In this document: positions 37,983 through 47,451 of the stretch, in pieces
How the letters are laid out: each line of letters begins with the position of its first letter
Position numbering within the stretch: position 1 is the first letter of the stretch
Source of the DNA: Chloroflexi bacterium bin125
GTDB taxonomy: Bacteria > Chloroflexota > Dehalococcoidia > Bin125
Assembly (NCBI GenBank): GCA_002239025.1
Contig: MPNM01000003.1
Coordinates: 142,047-206,046, forward strand
Length of the DNA stretch: 64,000 nucleotides
Direction of reading: 5' to 3'
Notes under the pieces: model-generated
The model's database searches: none
Told to the model about the DNA's origin: nothing
Seen by the model: the letters and a program-made list of their open reading frames with translations, nothing else
Position numbers and translations under genes: made by a program

Positions 37983-39506
37983 CTAGCCTTCCCCCGATCC
38001 ACTCTCGAGACCCGCCAACGACACGACCTCGGTGTCAGGATGGAATGCCTGCCAGGCGAACCAGAAGTGGTCCGAGTGAATCACACGTGTGAGTTGCGAA
38101 CCCTCGAGCTCGCCCCGAATCCCACGTCCGAAGATGTCCCAGACCGTGCCGGTCTCGGCATCGAAAAACGTCTGACCTTCTTCATCATCGGGATTTGGCG
38201 CAAAGGTCAACGACCGACCATCCAGCGACGATTCAAACACCGCCGTCGTCCCAACCTCCCGCCCATCGCGCAAAATCCCTGAATCGAGTATCGAGATCGC
38301 GCCCGGCGTCCAGAAGACGACCAGGTCGATGCCGTCAAACGAATCGTGAAGCACGCCCTGAGCCGACAACGCCGACCACGAATACGCGATCGCCGCGCCC
38401 GACGGTCCTTCGATGCTCACGACACGTTCCGCCGGAGGCAGCCGCTCATCAATGCTGTCGCGGTCGAAGAAGAATGAGTAGGGACCACCACTCTCGGGAT
38501 TGTCATAGCCGCGGTACGGATTCTGACCGTAAGACCGGGGCCAACCGGTATCGCGAGACATCACCAGCGCGTCGGGGTAGGCGAATCGCAACTGACCCAG
38601 GGTGACCACCGTCGCCGGCACATACGTGAGCCGCGCGCCAACCATCCGGCCGACAATCGCCCGCCCCGATGACTGTTGCCACAGAGACTCGGTGTTGCGG
38701 TCGTACATGATCAGGTCGGAATTGCGCAGCAAACCCGAGACGCCAAACTTGAAGACCTCTTCGCCAATCTGCGACTCAAACGCAATCGCCGTGTTGCACA
38801 ACGGGCAGAACGTCACAGTCACAGGCATGCCGCCGATGACATCGTTGACGATCTCGTGCCAGGTCATGATCTCCAGCGGGAACGCACGTACGTCGCCGTT
38901 GACGTTCACCTGCACCATCGGCACGTTGTCGGTGTAGTAGTCCGACGCCTCCAGGATCGACACATACAGCGGGCCGGAGATCGCTGGAATCGCGTCACGA
39001 CCAGCGCCCTGCGAGATCTCGGCGAAGTCGACGATCCTGATGCCCCATGCCGTCCCCCAGTCGGTGCCGAAATACTGCGGCCGCTCGGAGTCGCGAATGA
39101 TCGGGATGCCTTCAGGCGTCTCTGCTGCGTCCAGCGGCAAGTATGTGTCTGCCACCATCGCCTGATCAGCCGTCTGCTCCTGAGCATCCTGTTGCTGGGC
39201 CTGACTCTGCTGGGTTTGCTGATCTTGTGCGGACTGTTGCTGCGTCGGCTCCGAGCTTGCTTGCTCGGAATCGTCTGCCGATTGAGCAGCGGAATCTTGC
39301 TGGCTCTGGTCATCCTGTTCGCCCTGCTCGACATCTTGCGCGACCTGGTCCTGTTGCTGCTCAGTGTGGGCCGCGGACTGTTGCTGCGCCGCCTCCTCAA
39401 TATCGTCGCTGCACGCCACCAGCAACAGGCCGACGAATGCGACTGTAACTCCCGCCGTACCGACCGTTCGCGCAAAGTTTCGTATGATTTCCATAACCCT
39501 GAGCAT
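37983..39506 (-). CDS. DUF3179-family lipoprotein with an acidic Gln/Asp-rich low-complexity tether
   Basis: A signal peptide with LLVACSDD lipobox is followed by about 90 aa of Q/D/E/A/S low complexity. The DUF3179 core then shows VTFCPLCNTAIAFE. Confidence 0.7.
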   Translation of the reverse strand: MLRVMEIIRNFARTVGTAGVTVAFVGLLLVACSDDIEEAAQQQSAAHTEQQQDQVAQDVEQGEQDDQSQQDSAAQSADDSEQASSEPTQQQSAQDQQTQQSQAQQQDAQEQTADQAMVADTYLPLDAAETPEGIPIIRDSERPQYFGTDWGTAWGIRIVDFAEISQGAGRDAIPAISGPLYVSILEASDYYTDNVPMVQVNVNGDVRAFPLEIMTWHEIVNDVIGGMPVTVTFCPLCNTAIAFESQIGEEVFKFGVSGLLRNSDLIMYDRNTESLWQQSSGRAIVGRMVGARLTYVPATVVTLGQLRFAYPDALVMSRDTGWPRSYGQNPYRGYDNPESGGPYSFFFDRDSIDERLPPAERVVSIEGPSGAAIAYSWSALSAQGVLHDSFDGIDLVVFWTPGAISILDSGILRDGREVGTTAVFESSLDGRSLTFAPNPDDEEGQTFFDAETGTVWDIFGRGIRGELEGSQLTRVIHSDHFWFAWQAFHPDTEVVSLAGLESGSGEG

Positions 39507-39585
39507 ACGCGCCGACCCAATGATCAGCGTCTCGCACGGGGTTGGTCTTCCAAGTTCACATCTCGCTCGAACCCGGAGCGCTCCT

Positions 39586-40020
39586 ATGTCCGCCGACGAA
39601 TCGAGTCAAGACTCCTCCAACGATCGCGGCGCCGTGCTCGAAGCCAATCGCGCGTTCTATGAGGCATTCAACGCTCGTGACATCGAAGCCATGGCCGACC
39701 TCTGGCAACGCGGCGACGACGTGACCTGCATCCACCCGCATCGCAACGTGACCACAGGACACGCCGACGTCCAGCGCACCTGGCGCGCCATCCTGACGAA
39801 CCCGGACCAGCCCAAAATCGTCTTCGCCGCTGAGGAAGCACGAGTCGTCGGCGATATTGGCATCGTCGCCGGACGCGAGGTCGTCGCCGGCGTGCCGATC
39901 GTGGCGACTAACATCTATCAGCGCTCGCAGAGCGCCGACCTGACCGACAACGCTGACACACCGGTCAACACCTGGCTCCTGATCCATCATCACGGCAGCC
40001 CGGTCCTGCATACCGACTAA
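39586..40020 (+). CDS. SnoaL-like/NTF2-like (DUF4440-type) small protein
   Basis: The start was chosen at M75 of the track ORF. The NTF2-like pattern is LEANRAFYEAFNARDIEAMADLWQ...W (alpha+beta cone fold). Confidence 0.6.
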   Translation: MSADESSQDSSNDRGAVLEANRAFYEAFNARDIEAMADLWQRGDDVTCIHPHRNVTTGHADVQRTWRAILTNPDQPKIVFAAEEARVVGDIGIVAGREVVAGVPIVATNIYQRSQSADLTDNADTPVNTWLLIHHHGSPVLHTD

Positions 40021-40049
40021 ACACACTACCCATCACGAAAGAGAACGCT

Positions 40050-40523
40050 ATGCCCGTCACTCTCGCCAAAGGCGACCAGGCGCCTGACTTCCAACTCCCC
40101 GACCAGGACGGCAAGACGCACAAGCTTGCCGACTATGCCGGCCAGACCGTAGTCCTCTATTTCTACCCCCGCGACGACACCCCAGGTTGCACCAAGCAGG
40201 CCTGCTCGTTCCGCGACGATCTCGCCGAGATCAGCGCCGAAGGCGCCGTGGTGCTCGGCGTCTCAGCCGACGACGCCGACTCACACCAGAAGTTCCGCGC
40301 CAAGTACGATCTCAACTTCCCGCTCCTCGTTGATTCCGATACCGAAGTGTCGACCAGTTACGGCGCCTGGGGCGAAAAGACGCTCTACGGGCGCAAGAGC
40401 ATAGGTATGACCCGTGCTACCTTCATCATCGGACCGGATGGCGTGCTGACGAAAGTCTGGAAACGCGCCAAGGCCGCCGATCATGGCCAGGCGGTCCTCA
40501 AGGCCTTGCGGACAGGCCGCTAA
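40050..40523 (+). CDS. bcp: Thiol peroxidase Bcp (atypical 2-Cys peroxiredoxin)
   Basis: The N-terminus GDQAPDFQLPDQDGKTHKLADYAGQTVVLYFYPRDDTPGCTKQACSFRD has the canonical PxxxTxxC active site. Confidence 0.9.
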   Translation: MPVTLAKGDQAPDFQLPDQDGKTHKLADYAGQTVVLYFYPRDDTPGCTKQACSFRDDLAEISAEGAVVLGVSADDADSHQKFRAKYDLNFPLLVDSDTEVSTSYGAWGEKTLYGRKSIGMTRATFIIGPDGVLTKVWKRAKAADHGQAVLKALRTGR

Positions 40524-40556
40524 CAGCACTCATCGTCCGCCTAGATCGTTTCTTCC

Positions 40557-41801
40557 ATGTCCCGGTTCTTCAGTTGGGCGCTTGTCGCCCTCATAGCGCT
40601 GTCCGTATCGGCAGCGCTCACCATTGGTTGCTCCGACGACGAACAGCAGCAACAACAAGCGGCGGAAAATCAAGAGAGTGAGTCTGCCGCAGAGTCTCGA
40701 ACGAGCACAGCACAACACCAACAACAGCAGGATCCGCCGCCTGCGGACGACGGCGAGCCGCTCAATATCGTGGTTTCCACGCAAGTCATCGCCGACTGGG
40801 TCCGCCAGATTGGTGGAGATCGTGTCAACGTGCGCGCGCTGGTTCCGGCTGGCGCCGACGCTCACACCCTCGAACTGAGCGTCACCGACATCCGAGCCGT
40901 CGCAGACGCTGATCTCGTGATCATCAACGGAGCCGGCCTCGAGGCCTCCTACCAGGATGCCATCCTCGAGAATGCCGAAAGCTTGCTTGACCTGGCAGAG
41001 ACGATCGAAGCGCAAGGCTACGAGCTGCATCCGTTCGAAAGCATGATGTCGCTCGACGACGAGCACGATCAGCAGGAGCACCAACAAGACGATCACGACC
41101 AACACGACCAGGACGATCAACACGACCAGGACGAACAGCAGGAACATCAGCAGGACCACGACGAAGATCAGCAGCAGCATCAACAGGATCACGAGCAGGA
41201 CGACCACGACCAGCAGCAGCATCAACAGGATCACGAGCAGGATGACCACGACCAGCAGCAACACCAGGACGAGCAGGCTCACCAACACGACCACAGCGGC
41301 GAGGACCCGCACTTCTGGTTTGACACCGATTTGGCCCAGGCTGCGATCCAGGTGATCGCTGCGTCGCTAACCGAGTTGATTCCAGCTGCGGAGGATGAGA
41401 TCTCAAAGGGGCTTGAATCGTACCTTGAGGAGATTGGAGCCGCCGATGCCGAGGTCAAGTCGCTGCTGGCCGGCCTTCCGGAGACTCAGCGGCTCCTCGT
41501 GACCTTCCACGATGCCTTTGGCTACTTTGCGCGCCGTTACGGTCTCCAGGTGGCAGGATTCGTAGTCGAAGGACCGGAACAGGGCGTCAGCGCGGAGGCC
41601 TTGACCGAACTGATCGAACTCATCGAACACGAAGGCGTGCAAACGGTATTCCACGAGCCGCAGTTCGACTCAGCAATCCTCGACACCGTCTCTGCTGAGA
41701 CCGGCGCCGGCCGGGGCATTATCTGGTCGCAGCCGACCGATGACAACCCGACCTACATCGGCATCCTCGTCGGCAATGCGAAGGCCATTGCGGAACAATA
41801 G
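40557..41801 (+). CDS. znuA: Metal (zinc-type) ABC transporter substrate-binding protein with a very long His/Asp/Gln-rich loop
   Basis: A signal peptide with lipobox LTIGCSDD is followed by the ZnuA/TroA cluster-9 fold. The flexible loop of about 90 aa, of the DDEHDQQEHQQDDHDQHDQ...HQHDHSGEDPHFWFD type, is characteristic of ZnuA. Confidence 0.8.
   Translation: MSRFFSWALVALIALSVSAALTIGCSDDEQQQQQAAENQESESAAESRTSTAQHQQQQDPPPADDGEPLNIVVSTQVIADWVRQIGGDRVNVRALVPAGADAHTLELSVTDIRAVADADLVIINGAGLEASYQDAILENAESLLDLAETIEAQGYELHPFESMMSLDDEHDQQEHQQDDHDQHDQDDQHDQDEQQEHQQDHDEDQQQHQQDHEQDDHDQQQHQQDHEQDDHDQQQHQDEQAHQHDHSGEDPHFWFDTDLAQAAIQVIAASLTELIPAAEDEISKGLESYLEEIGAADAEVKSLLAGLPETQRLLVTFHDAFGYFARRYGLQVAGFVVEGPEQGVSAEALTELIELIEHEGVQTVFHEPQFDSAILDTVSAETGAGRGIIWSQPTDDNPTYIGILVGNAKAIAEQ
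41060..41300 (+). repeat. Imperfect tandem DNA repeat (unit about 48 nt, 2-3 copies) encoding the His/Asp/Gln loop of ZnuA
   Basis: catcaacaggatcacgagcaggacgaccacgaccagcagcagca is repeated almost exactly, giving the peptide QQHQQDHEQDDHDQQ twice. Confidence 0.6.
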
Positions 41802-41832
41802 CTGACTCGATATGCCGCTAGGCTGAGACGCG

Positions 41833-42411
41833 ATGTCAGATCGCCTCTCAGCCTCTCAGCCGACGCAGTCGAAGCACAACATGGTCTGGATCGACCTCGA
41901 AATGACGGGGCTCGATCCAGGCCGTGACGTGATCATCGAAGCTGCCGTGCTGATCACCGATCCTGAACTCAACATCATCGCCGACGGACCTGACTTCGCC
42001 ATTCAGCGAACCAAAGAAGAACTCAGCGTGATGAACGCCTGGAATCGGCGCACCCATCACGGCTCTGGATTGATCAAGCGAGTCAACGCGTCCGAAGTGT
42101 CGATTGAGCAAGCCCAGGCGGAGATCGTCGAGTTCGTGCAGCAGTGGACCGAAAAAGACAACGCGCCGCTCTGCGGCAACTCGGTCCATCAGGACAAACG
42201 CTTCCTCTATCTGGAGATGCCCCAGTTGGTCGACTGGCTCAGCTACCGAATCGTCGATGTCTCGACAGTCAAAGAGCTGGCCAAGCGCTGGTATCCCGAC
42301 CTGGAGAAGTTCGTCAAGCAAGAACAACACCGTGCCATGGAGGACATCCGCGAGTCCATCGACGAACTGCGCTGGTATCGGGATCGGATCTTCAGGCCCA
42401 CTGGTTTGTAA
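41833..42411 (+). CDS. orn: Oligoribonuclease (DEDDh 3'-5' exonuclease)
   Basis: The product has MVWIDLEMTGLDP (Exo I), HHGSGL and NSVHQDKRFL (Exo III with the catalytic His). The start could instead be M17 at 41881. Confidence 0.85.
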   Translation: MSDRLSASQPTQSKHNMVWIDLEMTGLDPGRDVIIEAAVLITDPELNIIADGPDFAIQRTKEELSVMNAWNRRTHHGSGLIKRVNASEVSIEQAQAEIVEFVQQWTEKDNAPLCGNSVHQDKRFLYLEMPQLVDWLSYRIVDVSTVKELAKRWYPDLEKFVKQEQHRAMEDIRESIDELRWYRDRIFRPTGL

Positions 42412-42431
42412 GACTCAGCAGAAGCGACTGT

Positions 42432-43418
42432 TCAGCGGGGAGTCACGAGTCTCGAGCCGAGGCGGCAGCACGCACCCCAGCACACCCCCCCGATTAGACA
42501 GCAGAGTCCCCAGCACGCGCGAGTCGTGCGTTGCCATGCGGGAATGTCTTCACCCTGGCCAACGTCCGCGCTAAGGCGCAAGTTGGGCAGCGCCTCGCGT
42601 AAGCCTCGCGGGCTGAGAACGAAAATGATCCCTAGCAGCAAGACCGCAGTGAGCACGATCGAAGGCCCGGCCGCAAAGTCGAGGTGGAACGACGCATACA
42701 GGCCAAGCACCGTCGAAACGATGCCGATCAATGCCGCAAACAGCATCATTGTGGTCAACCGGCGGGAGATCAGCACTGCAGCCGCGGCCGGAGTCACCAG
42801 CATCGCAACTGCCAGAATCACGCCGACCAGCCGAAACGCCACCACGGTTGCCAGCGAAATCAGAACGAGCAGTCCGACCTGCATCAGTGTGACCGGCACG
42901 CCCGAGACCGCCGCCACCTCTGGGTCGTAGGCGGTAAAGCGCAGCTCAGGTAGGAAGGCCAAGACCGCGACCAGCACCACCCCGGTCAGGATCGCCATCA
43001 CTATCAGGTCGGTCCAGGAAGCGCCCAGGATGTGACCGACAAGCAACGAACCAAGGTCAACAGCGAAAGTCCGTTGACGAGAGATCAGTAGCACACCCAG
43101 CGCAAAGAACCCGGCGAACATGATCCCAATCGCTGTGTCTTCCCGCAGCCGCCCGCGAATCGTCAGCAGTGCCACGCCCAGCGCCGTCAATACTGCCGCA
43201 ATCCCGGCACCGAGTGTGATCAGGACCGCGCCACCGCCCAGCACCAACGCCACTGCCGCACCAGCGAGCTGCGTATGGGCGACCGCATCGCCCAGAAATG
43301 CCAGGCCGCGCAGGACGACAAACACGCCAACCATGCCCCCAGCCACCGACACCACGATGCCCGCCAGCAGCGCGCGCTGCATGAATTCAAACGACCAGGG
43401 TTCCGTCAGCCAGTCCAC
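42432..43418 (-). CDS. ABC-3 family metal-ion transporter permease (ZnuB/MntB-like) with a Cys-rich C-terminal extension
   Basis: Eight transmembrane segments are predicted, with the conserved LRGLAFLGDAVAHTQLAG region. The last 55 aa or so (..ACWGLCCLIGGVCWGACCRLGS..) extend beyond the usual 270-aa length. No ATPase gene is adjacent. Confidence 0.7.
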   Translation of the reverse strand: MDWLTEPWSFEFMQRALLAGIVVSVAGGMVGVFVVLRGLAFLGDAVAHTQLAGAAVALVLGGGAVLITLGAGIAAVLTALGVALLTIRGRLREDTAIGIMFAGFFALGVLLISRQRTFAVDLGSLLVGHILGASWTDLIVMAILTGVVLVAVLAFLPELRFTAYDPEVAAVSGVPVTLMQVGLLVLISLATVVAFRLVGVILAVAMLVTPAAAAVLISRRLTTMMLFAALIGIVSTVLGLYASFHLDFAAGPSIVLTAVLLLGIIFVLSPRGLREALPNLRLSADVGQGEDIPAWQRTTRACWGLCCLIGGVCWGACCRLGSRLVTPR

Positions 43419-43499
43419 GCCAGCTCTTGCTAGGCCCCGACCTGCAACTCGCCACTACCATCAGCGAAGGCAGGCAACATCTACGGCGGAGGCCCCTAC

Positions 43500-44396
43500 A
43501 TGGTACTTGAGCAACAGGTCACACTGATCACCGGCGCATCCCGCGGCTTCGGCCTCGCCGCTGCCGAGGAACTGATCGCCCGCGGTCATCTGGTCATCGC
43601 CACCATGCGCAATCCCGATCGCGATCGCGACAACCTCTCCAACCTTGATCCAGCGGCCTACGAGATCGCCCAGTGCGATGTCACCGACCCTGCCTCCATC
43701 GAAGGCGCCGTCAGCGCCGGACTCAAGCGCTTCGGCCGCGTCGACGCGCTCTTCAACAACGCCGGCTACGGACTCTACGGACCCGTAGAAGACATGTCCG
43801 ACGACGAGGTCACGCGCCAGATGGACACCAACTTCATCGGCCAGATCCGTATGGCCAGAGCTGTCTTGCCCGCCATGCGAGACCAACATCACGGCAAGAT
43901 CATCAACGTCTCATCACTCGCCGGACGTATCGTCGCCCCGATGATGGGCCTCTACGCCGCCTCAAAGTGGGCCGTCGAAGCCATGTCCGAAGCGCTGCGC
44001 TACGAAGTATCCCGATGGAACGTTGATGTCACGATCCTCGAGCCGGGCATGTACGCCTCCGACTGGCAGACGACAAACCTCGATGTCGCCCAGGCCGTAC
44101 GTGAGGGGCGCTCGCCGTACCAGGAATCCGCCGAGCACGCACTCAACACCTTCCGCACAAGAGCGGCAACCCGCCCCGGCTCCCGCTCCGTCGCCACCGC
44201 CGTCGCCGACATCGTCGAACTCGAACAGCAACTCCCCATGCGCTGGCCCGTCGGAGAAGACACCATCCAAACCATCCGCCTCCGAGAGGCCATGACCGAC
44301 CAAGAATGGGAAGCCCGAGTCCGGGGAGACACCAAAATCTACCGAGGAGCCTTCTTCCACGGAGTCGAGAATCCCATGGAAGACAAACCCCGCTGA
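43500..44396 (+). CDS. SDR-family short-chain dehydrogenase/reductase
   Basis: The product has TGASRGFGLAAAEEL (TGxxxGxG), NNAG, and the catalytic S...YAASK motif. Confidence 0.85.
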   Translation: MVLEQQVTLITGASRGFGLAAAEELIARGHLVIATMRNPDRDRDNLSNLDPAAYEIAQCDVTDPASIEGAVSAGLKRFGRVDALFNNAGYGLYGPVEDMSDDEVTRQMDTNFIGQIRMARAVLPAMRDQHHGKIINVSSLAGRIVAPMMGLYAASKWAVEAMSEALRYEVSRWNVDVTILEPGMYASDWQTTNLDVAQAVREGRSPYQESAEHALNTFRTRAATRPGSRSVATAVADIVELEQQLPMRWPVGEDTIQTIRLREAMTDQEWEARVRGDTKIYRGAFFHGVENPMEDKPR

Positions 44397-44408
44397 GCGG
44401 CTCCCGAC

Positions 44409-44999
44409 TTAACCATGCTTGCCGACCGTCCAGCCCGCCTGCGCCAGGTGCGCATCCGAGAACTCGACCGCGTCCGGCTCTAGCTCGTTCGCCAGCGTGT
44501 CATTGAACCGATTGAGGAATCCGAACATCGAGATCACACAAACGATCTCGACCATCTCCGAATCCGACCAGTACTTGCGCAGTTCATCAAACTGTTCGTC
44601 GCTGGCAGCATTGGGCACACCGCCCGAGTCGCGAGCCACACGCAGCGCAGCACGCTCCGCATCCGAGAACAGCTCCGAAGTCTCGAACGCCCAGACGGCC
44701 TCTACGCGCTCGTAGGTCTCGCCGGCCAGCGAATGCGCGAAATGTCCGGTGTGCGCCTGGCAGTACAGACAGCCCGCTGTCCGCGAGACCACGTGCGCGA
44801 TCAGTTGCTTCAGGCCCGCAGGGACCGTTCCTTCCCGCATAATCGAGCCGAAAAACGGTTGGAAGGCCTCTAGCACCTTCGGTCTGCGTCCTAGCACGTG
44901 GAACGACGTGGGAATGGTGATTCCGTTGTCCTGCATGGCCGATAGGAATGGAGCTGCTTCCAACAGCTCATCGGTGCTCAGCGGTGTAACGCGGTTCAT
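44409..44999 (-). CDS. Carboxymuconolactone-decarboxylase/AhpD-like peroxidase family protein
   Basis: The start was chosen at M50 of the track ORF, where GGAGGA sits 4 nt upstream. The AhpD-core motif is AGCLYCQAHTGH (CxxC...H). Confidence 0.7.
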   Translation of the reverse strand: MNRVTPLSTDELLEAAPFLSAMQDNGITIPTSFHVLGRRPKVLEAFQPFFGSIMREGTVPAGLKQLIAHVVSRTAGCLYCQAHTGHFAHSLAGETYERVEAVWAFETSELFSDAERAALRVARDSGGVPNAASDEQFDELRKYWSDSEMVEIVCVISMFGFLNRFNDTLANELEPDAVEFSDAHLAQAGWTVGKHG

Positions 45000-45862
45000 C
45001 TTGTCCTCCAGCGAATCAACATTTGTTTCGGTTGATCGGGCAACGACCACGAGCCGTCCCGTTCGATCAGTAGCTCCCCCACAGCATCGCGCAACGCGGA
45101 CGTCTTTGCCGAGTCCTCGGCCAGCCACAACCGCCGACGTGCCCATCCCATCGCATCATCGGGCGATCCGAATGCAAATCGCTGCCGGTCGCCCTCGCGC
45201 CCAATCTCCACCACACCGACCTCGGCGCCGCGCGCCTGCAACAGCTCGACAAACTCGTCGGCGCCAGGCAGATGCACTTGTTCCTCGCCATGAATGGCAG
45301 GCCAGACCTCCCAGAACAACGATCCGGGCGAACGGTCATACAGCAGCGCCACGCACTCTCTCGTCGCCGAGCGCTCCAGTGTGTCCAGAAACTCGCCGAT
45401 TGATTCGATGTCGTACGCGACGTGCGAGATCAGCGCCACTTGGGCAATATCGGAGATTGCAGGATCGTCCGACGGCCAGCGATCATCACGCAGATCAATG
45501 TTGGTAATGCCGTGTTCGATTTGAAGGTTGGCAAGTTCTGCCCGCATTGCTGCGGAAGGCTCGATCGCGATCACCTGATGCATGTGCAACGCCAGGGGCA
45601 GCGAGAAGCGACCCGCTCCGGCCCCGACATCGACCCAAACATCATCGTTCAGCGCCATCGCCAGCAGCGAGTCCAATGCGACGTCACCTTGCCTCGTGGG
45701 GTCTGCGCGGAACGCTGCTGCCAATGGGCGATAGTGGTCGCCGCCGTCTGACTCCTCCCTGAGCCGTTCGGCCTGCTCCCGATTTCCCACGACACGCTCA
45801 GCCCAGGCCTGCGTCAACCGCTGCGCCGTTTGGCCGTTGGCGCTGGAGTAAACTTCGCTCAT
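44996..45862 (-). CDS. Class I SAM-dependent methyltransferase
   Basis: Motif I VWVDVGAGAGRFSLPLA and post-I VIAIEPS are present. The stop overlaps the AhpD-like start (ATGA coupling). Confidence 0.7.
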   Translation of the reverse strand: MSEVYSSANGQTAQRLTQAWAERVVGNREQAERLREESDGGDHYRPLAAAFRADPTRQGDVALDSLLAMALNDDVWVDVGAGAGRFSLPLALHMHQVIAIEPSAAMRAELANLQIEHGITNIDLRDDRWPSDDPAISDIAQVALISHVAYDIESIGEFLDTLERSATRECVALLYDRSPGSLFWEVWPAIHGEEQVHLPGADEFVELLQARGAEVGVVEIGREGDRQRFAFGSPDDAMGWARRRLWLAEDSAKTSALRDAVGELLIERDGSWSLPDQPKQMLIRWRTR

Positions 45863-46745
45863 GACCACATCACCTGACCTCAATATCGAGGAACTGCCCA
45901 ATCTCACCGACCCAGTCCTGATTCTGGCCTGGGAAGGCTGGAACGATGCCGGTGAGTCGGCCTCGACTGCCGCCCAGTATCTGATTCAACAACTGGGTGC
46001 GAAGCCGTTTGCCACCATCGACCCAGAAGAATTCTACGACTTCACCGACGCGCGGCCCATGGCTCGTTACCAAAACGGTGAACGTTACATCGAATGGCCC
46101 GACACCCAATTTGTACATTTGCGCCCCTCATCCAGTGGTCGCGACATCGTCGTCGGTATCGGCATCGAGCCGCAGTATCGCTGGAAGCGTTACATGTCGG
46201 CTATGTCCGAACTCGTCGACGAGATCGGAGCCAAGCTGATTCTCTCGCTCGGTTCGGTCGCCGCAGGCACGGCGCACACACAACCAGTTCATGTGCGAGG
46301 GTCGGCAAACAACTCCGAGCTCGCCCAGCGCTACAACATGCACCCATCGCGCTTCGAGGGACCCTCCGGCATGGTCGGCGTCTTCCACGACCACTGCCGA
46401 CGCCGAGGTATCGCAGGAGTGTCGCTCTGGGCTTCAGTGCCGCACTATCTGCCGGGTATCACCAACCCCGTTGGCGCGCAGGCCTTGCTACGAGTCGTCA
46501 GCGACATGACCGGGCTTTCCTTCGACCTCGATCCGCTCGAGCGCGGCATTCAACAGTTCCATTCACAACTGGAAGAAGCGCTGCGTGACAACAATGAGCT
46601 GCGCGACTATGTCGCCCGACTCGAGGCGGCCAGCCCAGCGCCCCAGCAGGAGCAACAACCGGAGGGCGAGCTACCCAGCGCCGACGCCCTGATCGCCGAC
46701 CTCGAGGACTTCTTTAGACAAGGCGGCGACAGCGACAACAACTAG
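45861..46745 (+). CDS. PAC2-family protein (proteasome-assembly-chaperone-2-like)
   Basis: LILAWEGWNDAGESASTAAQYL and the overall pattern of about 290 aa are typical of the bacterial PAC2 family, which is frequent in Actinobacteria. Confidence 0.65.
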   Translation: MTTSPDLNIEELPNLTDPVLILAWEGWNDAGESASTAAQYLIQQLGAKPFATIDPEEFYDFTDARPMARYQNGERYIEWPDTQFVHLRPSSSGRDIVVGIGIEPQYRWKRYMSAMSELVDEIGAKLILSLGSVAAGTAHTQPVHVRGSANNSELAQRYNMHPSRFEGPSGMVGVFHDHCRRRGIAGVSLWASVPHYLPGITNPVGAQALLRVVSDMTGLSFDLDPLERGIQQFHSQLEEALRDNNELRDYVARLEAASPAPQQEQQPEGELPSADALIADLEDFFRQGGDSDNN

Positions 46746-46823
46746 TTGCCAACGTGTCGCAGCGCCAGGTCGTACAGTGAGCTTGCCGACCCAGGAGACG
46801 TTCGGTTAGGCGGGTGGAGCGCG

Positions 46824-47111
46824 ATGACAGATGTTGAGCGAGTCAGTGACGACGATCTGCAACAGGCGTCCGAGAAGAATCTGAATAAGATGCGCAAGTT
46901 CGCGACCAACTTCGCGAACAAGAGCGGCTCCTACCTGCATCCGCAGGAAGACATCACCGAGTTCCTCGTCATCGGACTAGCCAAGCACATTGACGACTAC
47001 GGCCGTCCGCTCTGTCCCTGCAACTTCTACGAGGACAAGGCCGAAGAAGTCAAAGAATCCACCTGGATCTGTCCCTGCGAGGAAATGCAGCGCTGGAAGT
47101 ACTGCCATTGA
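46824..47111 (+). CDS. Ferredoxin-thioredoxin-reductase catalytic-subunit-like protein (FTR-C fold; CPC...CPC...CH)
   Basis: The start was chosen at M27 of the track ORF (GGTGGAG upstream). The Cys pattern RPLCPCNFYEDK...WICPCEEMQRWKYCH matches the Fe-S/disulfide centre of FTR beta. Confidence 0.6.
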   Translation: MTDVERVSDDDLQQASEKNLNKMRKFATNFANKSGSYLHPQEDITEFLVIGLAKHIDDYGRPLCPCNFYEDKAEEVKESTWICPCEEMQRWKYCH

Positions 47112-47292
47112 CTACTCTTCTGCGATGAGGAAGGTCTTCCCATCACCGAGCACCTGCCAGAAGATCACGAGGGCCGCACCATCTACGGCGTCCGCCCCGA
47201 TCCACACCCCGACAAAGGCCGAGCCCTGGGTCGCCTGGAAGAACAAAGCGGTCGAAAGATCGACAAGCGAAAGCGCCGCGACTGATTCAAAG

Positions 47293-47339
47293 ACCTCCCC
47301 CCTTGGGGGAGGTGTTACGAAGTGACGGAGGGGGCTCCC
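47293..47339. repeat. Family-1 left-arm variant (CCTCCCCCCTTGGGGGAGGTGTTACGAAGTGACGGAGGGGGCTCCCC), single copy
   Basis: It lies between the FTR-like gene and rpsN. It has the same GTGACGGAGGGGG tail as the composite elements. Confidence 0.7.
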
Positions 47340-47451
47340 CAGCCGCAATCCAACCCTAAGCGCGCGATTTGTGAACCCCGGTCTAGCCCAACCACTCCGA
47401 TTGCCACTACGCTCATAGCAGCAATTCAAACACCCAACCACTGGACGACGC

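Noticed and set aside
47340-47451. A Zur, Fur or IdeR box was sought upstream of the stand-alone rpsN gene.
   Set aside because: No AT-rich palindrome resembling known metalloregulator boxes is present in the 110 nt upstream, and the region is dominated by a family-1 repeat. The only operator-like AT-rich site is downstream of rpsN (47785-47822), facing the iron transporter.
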